DNA of 43,539 nucleotides from an uncultured Gammaproteobacteria bacterium. Its GTDB lineage: Bacteria; Patescibacteriota; Microgenomatia; UBA12405; BS750m-G30. The stretch lies in NCBI GenBank assembly GCA_964484095.1, contig CAZAEB010000002.1, positions 1 through 43,539 on the forward strand. The letters run 5' to 3'. The translations under genes and the position numbers were made by a program. This document shows, one piece after another, positions 25,746 to 34,209 of the stretch (positions are counted from its first letter, which is position 1; each line of letters starts with the position of its first letter). A model generated the notes under the pieces. The model was not told the DNA's origin and did no database searches. It was given only the letters and a program-made list of their open reading frames with translations.

Positions 25746-26420
25746 TTACTTGTAGTAGCCAAATCCTGTTGGCGCTTCAAATTTGTTCTGGACACCATGC
25801 TCATCAGCGCATGGATCGTTGGAAATCTGTAATATTCTGGCGTATGCGCCCCAGATTACAGAACCAATTTCTGTTCCGTCGGCCGTATACCACATGCCAT
25901 CTGTTTTATAAGCATCTTCTGGCACCATTACTATTTTTACAAAGTAATTCCATTTGCAGGTTTTTCCGTCTTCGCCTTCATAGCTTCCGAACTGGTGGTT
26001 TGTCAACCAAGCGCCTTGGCAGGCAGAACTGGTTGGATTTTCTGGATTACATGAATATCCTCTGTCTAGTTTCCCATCTCCATCACAATCTTTATTACTC
26101 ATCCATTCATCGCTCCATTTCATTATCAACCAGGTTTTACTGGGTGCTTGATCTATGGTGTCTTTAGTATATGCTGGGACTGGTCTTTGATTGTTCCAAT
26201 ACCAACCATTGAACATGTGCGCCTGATAGTTATAACCCCATCCATCAAAACCTAAAGGAATAATATTGTCGCTGTTGCTATAAGTTAATACTTGGTCTTG
26301 GATAGTAGTACAAGTATTTTTTCCTTCCTGGCCTGGTGGATTATTAGGTTTGGCTGCCAAAACTGGAGCAGCTGCTAAAAGCAAAACCATTCCGGCAATT
26401 AAAATTATTAGCTTTTTCAT
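25746..26420 (-). CDS. secreted Trp/Cys-rich hypothetical protein
   Basis: Signal peptide MKKLIILIAGMVLLLAAAPVLAA, a DCDGDGKLD acidic loop and 8 Cys. A strong SD (GGGGGTGA-N6-ATG) at 26427-26434. Confidence 0.55.
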   Translation of the reverse strand: MKKLIILIAGMVLLLAAAPVLAAKPNNPPGQEGKNTCTTIQDQVLTYSNSDNIIPLGFDGWGYNYQAHMFNGWYWNNQRPVPAYTKDTIDQAPSKTWLIMKWSDEWMSNKDCDGDGKLDRGYSCNPENPTSSACQGAWLTNHQFGSYEGEDGKTCKWNYFVKIVMVPEDAYKTDGMWYTADGTEIGSVIWGAYARILQISNDPCADEHGVQNKFEAPTGFGYYK

Positions 26421-26514
26421 ATTTTTTCACCCCCTTTCTTTTGAATATGTCCAATATTATTTTGTAGGTTTTTAAAACATTCGTCAAGTTTTTATGGCAA
26501 AGGAATAGTTTTGG

Positions 26515-28890
26515 CTATATGTTTTTGTAAAGATAAATAGGTCCGCATCCCCAAGCGTGTGAATGGCTGCCATTTAGTATTGGTTTTGTGTTCGGATTGT
26601 ATACTTCGTAAACACTGCTCGCACCTTTTTTAACCATGCTTCCCCAGTATTCTCTAATTAGCTTTTTAGCCAAGTCTTTTTGCTCTCCTTCCAGCAGCCA
26701 TTCTACTACCCAGCTTTGAGAATATGGGCTTTGAGTAAATAAGCCTTTGTCTATAAAATAACCAATTGCTTTTGTCTCTTTTTCTTCTGAAGGAAACAGA
26801 TTATATTTTCCGGCCAGGGCATTGGTTATCAGGCTGCTGTCAGACTTTTTTTCTTTTCCAAAACTATCACTAAATAGGGCCTCGTTTTCACCAAAAGCAG
26901 ATTCAATCAAATTCTTTCTTAGTCTTTCTGCTTTTACCAAATACTTTCCTTCTTTTTCACCAATCATTTGGTTTAAATTATTTACCGACTCTAAAGCGCC
27001 CAAATACCATATTTGCAGTGGGGTGGAAAAACTATAACTATTGTCAATAGGTGTCCAGTCAACAAAATTCCACCAGTCGTCGTTTTCTTTGTTGTAAATA
27101 AAGCCCTCGGGAGATTCATTTTTTTGTGCCCAGTCCATCAATTTTATCCAATGCGGTTTCATCTGCTTTGCAAAGTTTAAATCCCCACTTGCTGACACAT
27201 ATTGATCAAGCCAAATTGCCCATTGCAGGGCATAGCCCGGGATATACTGCTCTTTTCCTGAAGGGGTCATGGAAGGGATAATGCCATTGTCTTTTTGGCT
27301 TTGAGCAAATTGTTTTATCATCTCTTTTATCAGCCAGTCATTTTCACCGTCCCTCATTAAACATTTTGAAACTTCCAGGGCGTCCCCAATATACATTGCC
27401 TTTTCTCGCTCCGCGCAGTCTTCAAAATGATCTTGTACGTTGTTTTCTAAAGTATTTAAGCAAATATCATATATTTCTCTGTCTGCTTTTTCCAGCTCTT
27501 TTGGCGGCAGTGGTTTTTCAAAAGGCATGCCAACCTGATAGAATTCAAGCTCAATTTCTCCAGGGCAGTTATCTTTTTCTATTTGAATATATCGTCCGGC
27601 TCGTCGGCTTAACTGTCTCCATTTAAAATTGGCTGGCGGCAGTTTAAGCTCATCGCTCTGATTGAAATATATTTCCGATTTGCTCTGGTTATTTATTTTA
27701 ACTAACCAGTTGATTTTAACAGTACAGTCTTTTAAAAAATTACTTTTTATCTCTAGGTATCCGACAGCAAATCTTCCCAGATCGTAGTATTCTCCAGTTT
27801 TGGAAGGTAATATTTTTTGGTATTTGAGTAGAGGCAATGGTCTGGGGGTGGGCTCATATTCTTTTCTTGAAATTTCCTTTACTGGCTTGAGCTTTAGCTC
27901 ATATTTAAATTCTCTAAAATCAGCCAGTTTTGTGAAGCCCGCGTCAGCAGAGATTCTTTGGCCATTTTCAATGTTTTCTATTGCCCCTGCTTTCCAAAAA
28001 CGGCCATCTGCTAAATTTTGGTAAAAAATTCCGTTTTTTATCCTGCCGCCTATCAGTAAGCCAGGCTCGGGGTAGTTTGAATACTCATGAACAGGAAGAG
28101 AGATGAAATTAGCAATAATTATTATTTGGTTTTTCCCTTTTTTTATATATTTATCTATTGGCAGTTTGTCGAAGTAAATTTGCGGCAAAACAGCAAAACT
28201 TGGTCCATCATACACATCTTCTCCGTTTACTATTAACCGATAATGACCTAAGTTTGAAATGAAAATCTCTGCCTTTTCAGTTTCCGCTTTTTGCTCCCAT
28301 TCGTACTGAAATAATGTGTATACTGTTTCGTTTTCTTCGACCGACCAGACCCAGACAGTGTCTTTTGAGAAAGGTGTCTGATAATTTAAATTCCCTTTAA
28401 CTATTAGGTAGTTCCAGCCGCTAGAAACAAGATAGGGGATAGGTAGGAGTAAAATACTCAAGTAAAGCAGGGCAATATATTTTATCTTTTTAGATTTTGT
28501 TCGGACTAACAACAGAGCAGTCAATAGCAAAAAAGGCAGTTGTAAAAGCGCGCAAACTGCTCTCTCGGTCCATATTAATATTTTTAGAGATGATGGGAAA
28601 AAGGGGAGAAGATCGTCTAGAAACCAAAATAGTCTTTCCAGCTGTTCAACCAAAACAAAAATTATTTGCAAGACAAATTTTATTTGATAGCTGTCCCCAA
28701 GATGATGTTTACGTACTATCAGCGTAGCTGTTTCCCAGCCTGCCATTTCACTCGTAAAAATACCTGTTATCCAATAGGAAAATAACAGTGCTGCTGCGGC
28801 CAATAAAAATGCTAAAAAAACCTTTTGCCAAAAATTTCTCTTTTCTTTTTCGAACTCAAATAGAGGTAGCTTTTTAAGCTTTTTACTCAT
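26515..28890 (-). CDS. membrane-anchored alpha-L-rhamnosidase-like (GH78-type, six-hairpin) glycoside hydrolase
   Basis: The N-terminal ~170 aa have several TM helices. A Bac_rhamnosid_N-like segment follows (GHYRLIVNGEDVYDGP...YIKKGKNQIIII). The catalytic-domain motif FEDCAEREKAMYIGDA resembles DCPxRER.xWxGD of GH78. C-terminal SHSHAWGCGP. Confidence 0.55.
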   Translation of the reverse strand: MSKKLKKLPLFEFEKEKRNFWQKVFLAFLLAAAALLFSYWITGIFTSEMAGWETATLIVRKHHLGDSYQIKFVLQIIFVLVEQLERLFWFLDDLLPFFPSSLKILIWTERAVCALLQLPFLLLTALLLVRTKSKKIKYIALLYLSILLLPIPYLVSSGWNYLIVKGNLNYQTPFSKDTVWVWSVEENETVYTLFQYEWEQKAETEKAEIFISNLGHYRLIVNGEDVYDGPSFAVLPQIYFDKLPIDKYIKKGKNQIIIIANFISLPVHEYSNYPEPGLLIGGRIKNGIFYQNLADGRFWKAGAIENIENGQRISADAGFTKLADFREFKYELKLKPVKEISRKEYEPTPRPLPLLKYQKILPSKTGEYYDLGRFAVGYLEIKSNFLKDCTVKINWLVKINNQSKSEIYFNQSDELKLPPANFKWRQLSRRAGRYIQIEKDNCPGEIELEFYQVGMPFEKPLPPKELEKADREIYDICLNTLENNVQDHFEDCAEREKAMYIGDALEVSKCLMRDGENDWLIKEMIKQFAQSQKDNGIIPSMTPSGKEQYIPGYALQWAIWLDQYVSASGDLNFAKQMKPHWIKLMDWAQKNESPEGFIYNKENDDWWNFVDWTPIDNSYSFSTPLQIWYLGALESVNNLNQMIGEKEGKYLVKAERLRKNLIESAFGENEALFSDSFGKEKKSDSSLITNALAGKYNLFPSEEKETKAIGYFIDKGLFTQSPYSQSWVVEWLLEGEQKDLAKKLIREYWGSMVKKGASSVYEVYNPNTKPILNGSHSHAWGCGPIYLYKNI

Positions 28891-28928
28891 GTTACTTATT
28901 CTTCTTGCCTCTTTAGTTTGAAAGAGTG

Positions 28929-29192
28929 TTATTCAGTTTGGGAAACGGGCTTTTGATAAGCTTCAAATTTAGCCGCTGCATCCGGATTAACCGGCTTTAG
29001 TAATTCAAGCACTTTTGTTTTGATTTCGTCTACCCTGATTGATTCATTAACCACTGCATTTTGAGCCCAGGTTTCAACTTGGTTGGCAATGTTTGCTGCC
29101 TGATCAAGGGACGTTCCGGATTTAACCAGACCGTTGGTTATTTTAGCGCGGTCAAAATTTTCTAAAGATCCATCTTTTTTTAGAACTTTAAT
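28929..29192 (-). CDS. stand-alone ATP-cone domain protein (87 aa) with apparent ATT start; absent from the ORF track
   Basis: The minus strand reads GGAGGTGA-N6-ATT AAA GTT CTA AAA AAA GAT GGA..., giving IKVLKKDGSLENFDRAKITNGLVKSG...VDEIKTKVLELL. This is the ATP-cone pattern (xKVxKRDGxxExFdxxKI). The in-frame TGA within the SD blocks any upstream start, and no ATG, GTG or TTG lies near the N-terminus. Confidence 0.65.
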   Translation of the reverse strand: MKVLKKDGSLENFDRAKITNGLVKSGTSLDQAANIANQVETWAQNAVVNESIRVDEIKTKVLELLKPVNPDAAAKFEAYQKPVSQTE

Positions 29193-29275
29193 ATTATCTC
29201 ACCTCCTTTAATGTTGTTAATTTTAAGTGTGTTTTCAGTTTTGACGCTGGCAGAGGTTCACACCAGCCTATTATC

Positions 29276-29284
29276 ATAATAACA
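29276..29284 (-). promoter_or_regulatory. extended -10 (TGtTATTAT) upstream of the ATP-cone gene
   Basis: The minus strand reads TGTTATTAT. It is followed by a ~80-nt leader containing the hairpin GCTGG-N12-CCAGC (29246-29267) and the GGAGGTGA SD (29199-29206). Confidence 0.4.
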
Positions 29285-29304
29285 CTGAAGACAATTAAGA
29301 CTAA

Positions 29305-29349
29305 AAGTGAATTTTTAGTCAACAAAGGTCAGCGTTACACCTTTTTTCC
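29305..29349. repeat. direct repeat copy A: dead duplicate of the DEAD-box helicase 3' end
   Basis: AAGTGAATTTTTAGTCAACAAAGGTCAGCGTTACACCTTTTTTCC versus 30247-30292 (3 substitutions and 1 indel). The minus strand encodes GKKGVTLTFVD* preceded by an in-frame TAG. Confidence 0.85.
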
Positions 29350-29372
29350 CCTCATACTATTTTAGTATACAC

Positions 29373-30170
29373 TTAATGCCTCGAAAGCTTTATAGCTACT
29401 TCTGTATAACACATATTTCGTTTTGTTTCCCCGATAATTTTTTCACAAAGGGAAACTTTTGGATCAAAATGGGAAGCATAACCAAAGTAGCATTCATCTT
29501 TTACCTCCTGGTCGGCCGCTTTTTCACAAATCGCTGGATTTTTGGCTATTATAGCCCGGTCTCGAATACACTTCAGCTTATCTTCAGCTTTAATATTATT
29601 ACAAAAAGATAAAGGCTGTTCAAAAAGGGTTAAACAGGCAGCATTTCCTTTTTCACAAAAAGAAATATCATTTTCTTTTAAAGCCAAACAAGTATTTTTG
29701 TCCGGAGACTGGGGAGAAAATTTATTACAATACTCTGTTTTAATTTTTTCAGATTGTTGAGCCCAATAAAGACCGGAAATGACGTTGAAATAACAATGTT
29801 CCTTGTCTTCTGCTTCATCACAATAGTCAATATTTTGGGTAATTTCAGCAAGCTCATAAAAACACATCTTCCTCGGTTCTGACTTTTGAATTTTTCGGCA
29901 GTAAGACACATCTCTTGCGGCCATTCCTTGACATAGTTCTTTTTGGCTCGGTTCATCAAAATTTTGACAAAAACCCGTATTTTGGTTAACTACTGCCAAA
30001 CAATAATAAATGTCTTCAGGTTGTGAAATTTTTTGACAGATCTTGCTGGCAGGATTATCAGGAACATTTCCCGAAAACTGTTTCTTTCCTTCGAATAAAA
30101 ATCGGGGGACTAAAACAATCAAAACCAAAAAAAACAAACTTACTGCAATAAATAAAAACTTTTTATTCAA
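29373..30170 (-). CDS. membrane-anchored Cys-rich tandem-repeat protein (hypothetical)
   Basis: 265 aa with a TTG start and one N-terminal TM helix. It has 18 Cys in a regular C-x10-11-C-x10-13 spacing, giving about 9 units of ~22 aa. Confidence 0.6.
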   Translation of the reverse strand: MNKKFLFIAVSLFFLVLIVLVPRFLFEGKKQFSGNVPDNPASKICQKISQPEDIYYCLAVVNQNTGFCQNFDEPSQKELCQGMAARDVSYCRKIQKSEPRKMCFYELAEITQNIDYCDEAEDKEHCYFNVISGLYWAQQSEKIKTEYCNKFSPQSPDKNTCLALKENDISFCEKGNAACLTLFEQPLSFCNNIKAEDKLKCIRDRAIIAKNPAICEKAADQEVKDECYFGYASHFDPKVSLCEKIIGETKRNMCYTEVAIKLSRH

Positions 30171-30246
30171 AATATTATTCCCAATCTAACAAAAATTAAT
30201 CCTTATCTTCTTTTAAGATACCACAAGTTGGTGGGTTTATTGATTT

Positions 30247-30292
30247 AAGCGAATTTTTAGTCAACAAAGGTTAGCGCTACACCTTTTTTTCC
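30247..30292. repeat. direct repeat copy B: authentic 3' end of the DEAD-box helicase gene plus 10 nt downstream
   Basis: The partner of 29305-29349. The minus strand encodes GKKGVALTFVD* in frame with the helicase. Confidence 0.85.
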
Positions 30293-31471
30293 AGCTCTTC
30301 CCGTTCTACCGATTCGGTGGACATAGTCATCATATGTTTGTGGTACATCAAAGTTGATGACGTGGGTAACATCTTCAATATCGATTCCTCTAGAAGCTAC
30401 ATCTGTAGCAATTAGAATTTGAACCTGATTGCTTTTTAGCATTCCCAGGGCTCTGGATCTTTGTCCTTGACTCTTGTTGCTGTGAATAGAACTGGCTTTA
30501 AAACCTCTCTCGATTAGACTTGTTTCGAGGTTGTTTACTCCCCATTTGGTACGGCCAAAAATCAAGACCTTTCTAAATTCCTCTTTGATTAACAGGTTGT
30601 GGAGAACCTCTAGTTTGTTTTTACCATTTGTTCTAATTATGTTTTGATCAACGTTTTGAGCAGTAGTACCGGTTTTTACAGAAACTGTTATTGGATTTTT
30701 TAAGAAACTTTGTGCTATTGTTTGAATCTCATTTGGAACAGTTGCGGAAAAAAATAACGATTGACGATTTTTTGGTAGAAACGAAATGATATGGCGGATA
30801 TCATTAATAAATCCCATATCAAGCATTCGGTCAACCTCGTCCAAAACTACGTTTGTGTAGTAGTTCAAGTTTAAAATTCGCCTATTTTCCAAATCTTTTA
30901 TTCTCCCAGGGGTTCCAATTACAAAGCTTGGGCGACGTGACAATTGGCGCGCTTGGCCGTTTATCGGGGTTCCTCCAATACATAGTGTTGAATAAATTCC
31001 CAACCCCACACTAAACAACCTAAATTCATCTTGTATCTGTGCGGCTAGTTCCCGAGTGGGGGTTACAATCAAAACCTGCTGATTTTTGTTTTTTGACACC
31101 TTCGTAATCAAAGGCAGTAAAAAAGCGGCAGTTTTTCCGGTTCCTGTGTTGGCAACACCGATAAGATCTTTCCCTTCCATTATGGGAATTATTGCCTGGT
31201 CTTGGATTGCGGTTGGTTTATCAAAACCGCGGGTAATAATGTTTTTATTTACAGTTTCATTTAAATGAAAATCAGAAAAACTGTTTTTTGGTTCATAAGG
31301 CGTTTCGATAGCGTCAAGGGCTTTTTTAACAAACATAAGCGGATTGAGGTTTTTGCCTCTGTTTTGATATCTATTTTGGCCGCCAGACCTTCTCGGTCGG
31401 TATTGACCAAATGATCTGCGGTTATTTTGCCCGCGAAAACCACGGGAACTACCATAGTTGGAATTTCTCAT
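30257..31471 (-). CDS. DEAD-box ATP-dependent RNA helicase with N-terminal Arg/Gly-rich tail
   Basis: Q-motif region, motif I ANTGTGKTAAF, motif II VLDEVD (DEVD variant), SAT, and motif VI HRIGRTGRAG. Confidence 0.9.
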   Translation of the reverse strand: MRNSNYGSSRGFRGQNNRRSFGQYRPRRSGGQNRYQNRGKNLNPLMFVKKALDAIETPYEPKNSFSDFHLNETVNKNIITRGFDKPTAIQDQAIIPIMEGKDLIGVANTGTGKTAAFLLPLITKVSKNKNQQVLIVTPTRELAAQIQDEFRLFSVGLGIYSTLCIGGTPINGQARQLSRRPSFVIGTPGRIKDLENRRILNLNYYTNVVLDEVDRMLDMGFINDIRHIISFLPKNRQSLFFSATVPNEIQTIAQSFLKNPITVSVKTGTTAQNVDQNIIRTNGKNKLEVLHNLLIKEEFRKVLIFGRTKWGVNNLETSLIERGFKASSIHSNKSQGQRSRALGMLKSNQVQILIATDVASRGIDIEDVTHVINFDVPQTYDDYVHRIGRTGRAGKKGVALTFVD

Positions 31472-31556
31472 TTATATATTGATATTTGTTTAAAGGAGAC
31501 GATTCAAAAAAGGGGAAGATATGAATACCTAAACCAAATTAACCGACTCAAAAGGG

Positions 31557-31585
31557 ATTATAGCACATCTAGCTGTTATTGTTAA
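31557..31585 (-). promoter_or_regulatory. sigma-70 promoter TTAACA-N17-(TGc)TATAAT for the DEAD-box helicase, with ~80-nt 5' UTR
   Basis: On the minus strand, TTAACA at 31585-31580 and TGCTATAAT at 31565-31557. The ATG is at 31471. Confidence 0.6.
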
Positions 31586-31635
31586 GTTTGGGGTGGGAAA
31601 CACAGTGATTAGCTATTTTTTCTACGGCCTAGTCT

Positions 31636-31644
31636 TGTTAGAAT
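31636..31644 (+). promoter_or_regulatory. extended -10 (TGtTAGAAT) 11 nt upstream of the P-type ATPase ATG
   Basis: TGTTAGAAT-GAATTTACGGT-ATG. The element is part of the 49-nt segment duplicated at 25477-25525. Confidence 0.5.
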
Positions 31645-31655
31645 GAATTTACGGT

Positions 31656-34205
31656 ATGAAAAAAGATTTTATAAAAACAGGGTTTACTAGAAATGAGGCA
31701 AAAAGTTTATTAGTAAAACATGGTCTTAATGAAATAGAACGAAAGAAGGAGCTTTCGTCACTTAAAATACTTCTTGGCCAATTTAAGTCACCTTTAATTT
31801 ATATTTTGTTTGTTGCCGGCTTGATCACCTTGTTTCTAGGCAAGACAACCGACTCAACTGTAATTTTTTTGGCGGTTATTGTTAATACTCTTCTAGGTTT
31901 TTTTCAGGAAGTAAAAGCGGAAAAATCCTTAATTGCCCTGCGCAAGTTAATTGTTTCTAGAACTTACGTTATTAGAGATGGTTTAGAAATTCAAATTGAA
32001 GCTTCGCAAATTGTTCCCGGAGATTTGGTAGTGTTAAAAACCGGAGAAAAGATTCCTGCTGATGGAGTGGTGGTCGAAGATGTTGACCTGCATGTTAATG
32101 AAGCAATGTTGACAGGGGAAAGCATGCCAGTTCAAAAACAAAAGGTTCTTAGGTTAAAACTTGAAACAAAAGAAATTAAAGAAAAAAACAGGGTTTATAT
32201 GGGGGCAGTAATTATTTCTGGTCGCGGAACAATGCTGGTGGTTGAAACCGGAATGAAGACAAAAATGGGCCAAATTGCCGGCGGCTTATCGGAAACAATT
32301 AAAGAAGAGACTCCTTTAAAGAAAAAAATAGCCGGTTTTTCCAAAAAATTGACACTTGTTTTTTCAGCGATTTGTATACTTATTTTCATTGAGGGTATTG
32401 TTCGAGATAGAAATCCCATAGAAATGTTTGAGCTTGCGGTGGCTACTGCTGTTGCCGCCATCCCGGAAGGCTTGGTGATTTCTATGACGGTGATTTTGAG
32501 TTTAGGGATGCAGCGCCTTTTAAAACGCAAAGCGTTGGTAAGAAAGCTTTTAGCTGCGGAAACTTTGGGGGGAGTGAGTGTTATTTGTGTTGACAAGACA
32601 GGAACTTTAACAAAAGGAGAGATGAAAGTGGTCAAGTCAGACTTTACTAATGACGAACTTGGTCTGAAGACAGCTGTTTTGTGCAATAACTTAACTTATC
32701 CTTTAGAGCTTGCTATGTGGGACTGGGCAAAAGCTCAACTGAAAGGTAGCAAAGCAGCTCAGATGGTTGAAGAAAATGAAAGAGTGGATGAGATTCCTTT
32801 CTCTTCGAAAAACAAGTATTTTGCCACCCTTTATAAAAACGAACTTTTTGTTTCTGGAGCGCCGGAGAAGATTTTGGCAATTTCCGATTTAACAAAAGAG
32901 CAGAAAAAGGAATGGCTGGTGAAGCTGGATAGTTATACCTCTTCTGGATTGCGTGTTGTCAGTTTTGCTTTTAAAAAGAGTGAGAGTAAAAAACGGTTAA
33001 GAAGTTTATTAAATCGTTTAAAAAAAATTGACTCAAGGTCTATAGACTCTTTGAGAGATCTGAAACTTGATTGGTTGGGACTGTTGGCTTTTGAAGATCC
33101 GGTCAGAATAGAGGCTAAAGAGACGCTTAATGCTTGCAAAAAGGCGGGTATAAAAATTAAGGTAATTACCGGTGATTACAAAGAAACAGCCATAGCCGTT
33201 TTGAAAAAGTTAGGCCTTATTAGTAAAGGCAAAAAAATAGAAGTAATCGAAGGGTACGAGTTGTCCAAAATGTCAAGCGAGGAGCTGACTAAGCGAGTGG
33301 ATAATACAATTCTCTTTGCCAGAACCAATCCTGAGGATAAAACTAGGATTGTAGAGGCATTGCTAAAAAATGATGAGGTGGTGGCAATGATGGGGGATGG
33401 GGTGAATGATGCTTTGGCCTTAAAAAGGGCGGATATTGGTATAGTTGTTGGTGGAGCTTCCGAAGTAGCCAAAGAAACGGCCGATATGGTTTTGATGGAT
33501 TCAAATTTTAAGACAATTATTGCCGCTGTCAATGAAGGCCGGGCGATTTTTGAAAATATAAGGAAAGTGGTGCTGTATCTGCTGTCAGATTCTTTTACCG
33601 AAATGATTTTGATTTCAGCTGCTTTGTTTTTAGGAACACCGCTGCCGATATTAGCAGTTCAGATATTATGGATAAACCTGATTGAAGATGGCCTGCCGGG
33701 GCTGGCATTGGCTTATGAGCCTGAGGAGAAAGGTTTAATGAATGAGCCGCCGAGGAAAAAAACAGAACCGATTTTAAATAAAGAGGTAAAAGTTTTAATT
33801 TTTGTTATTGCTTTTTTTACAGATTTGCTTTTACTGGGACTATTTTTGTTTTTTTTAAGAAGGGGGCTGGACTTGGTGATGATACGGACAATTATTTTTG
33901 CCGGATTGGCGATTGACTCGTTAATGTATGTTTTTTCCTGCAGGAGTTTGCGCAGGAATTTGTGGCATGGTAACCCTTTCTCTAATAAGTTTTTGAATTA
34001 CTCGGTTTTAATTGGGTTTTTAATGCTTTTTTTGGGCGTTTACCTGCCGATTTTAAATAAATTATTAGGTACTGTTCCGCTTGCTCTTAGTCATTGGGCT
34101 TTGGTAATTTTATTTGGCTTTGTAAACATATTGGCAATAGAAGTGGTCAAGTGGATATTTATTGTGAAAGACAAAAGAAAACATAGCAGTGTAATATTCG
34201 ATTAG
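31656..34205 (+). CDS. P-type cation-transporting ATPase, P2-type (Ca2+-ATPase-like)
   Basis: TGES, AIPEGL (TM4), the phosphorylation site CVDKTGTLT, TGD, and the hinge MMGDGVNDALALKRADIG. About 10 TM helices. Confidence 0.9.
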   Translation: MKKDFIKTGFTRNEAKSLLVKHGLNEIERKKELSSLKILLGQFKSPLIYILFVAGLITLFLGKTTDSTVIFLAVIVNTLLGFFQEVKAEKSLIALRKLIVSRTYVIRDGLEIQIEASQIVPGDLVVLKTGEKIPADGVVVEDVDLHVNEAMLTGESMPVQKQKVLRLKLETKEIKEKNRVYMGAVIISGRGTMLVVETGMKTKMGQIAGGLSETIKEETPLKKKIAGFSKKLTLVFSAICILIFIEGIVRDRNPIEMFELAVATAVAAIPEGLVISMTVILSLGMQRLLKRKALVRKLLAAETLGGVSVICVDKTGTLTKGEMKVVKSDFTNDELGLKTAVLCNNLTYPLELAMWDWAKAQLKGSKAAQMVEENERVDEIPFSSKNKYFATLYKNELFVSGAPEKILAISDLTKEQKKEWLVKLDSYTSSGLRVVSFAFKKSESKKRLRSLLNRLKKIDSRSIDSLRDLKLDWLGLLAFEDPVRIEAKETLNACKKAGIKIKVITGDYKETAIAVLKKLGLISKGKKIEVIEGYELSKMSSEELTKRVDNTILFARTNPEDKTRIVEALLKNDEVVAMMGDGVNDALALKRADIGIVVGGASEVAKETADMVLMDSNFKTIIAAVNEGRAIFENIRKVVLYLLSDSFTEMILISAALFLGTPLPILAVQILWINLIEDGLPGLALAYEPEEKGLMNEPPRKKTEPILNKEVKVLIFVIAFFTDLLLLGLFLFFLRRGLDLVMIRTIIFAGLAIDSLMYVFSCRSLRRNLWHGNPFSNKFLNYSVLIGFLMLFLGVYLPILNKLLGTVPLALSHWALVILFGFVNILAIEVVKWIFIVKDKRKHSSVIFD

Positions 34206-34209
34206 GAAT

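Noticed and set aside
29207-29304. A possible NrdR box or riboswitch in the ~80-nt leader of the ATP-cone gene.
   Set aside because: I found no 16-bp NrdR-type palindrome and no conserved riboswitch core. The only structure is a modest 5-bp hairpin (GCTGG-N12-CCAGC), which is too weak to call a regulatory RNA.
32195-32686. A 163-aa minus-strand ORF inside the P-type ATPase gene. Similar antisense ORFs occur at 8186-8479, 25769-26167, 33176-33532, 14691-14909, 17422-17721 and 34295-34609.
   Set aside because: These are shadow ORFs on the opposite strand or in alternative frames of well-supported genes. They have no motifs, odd composition and no independent start signals.
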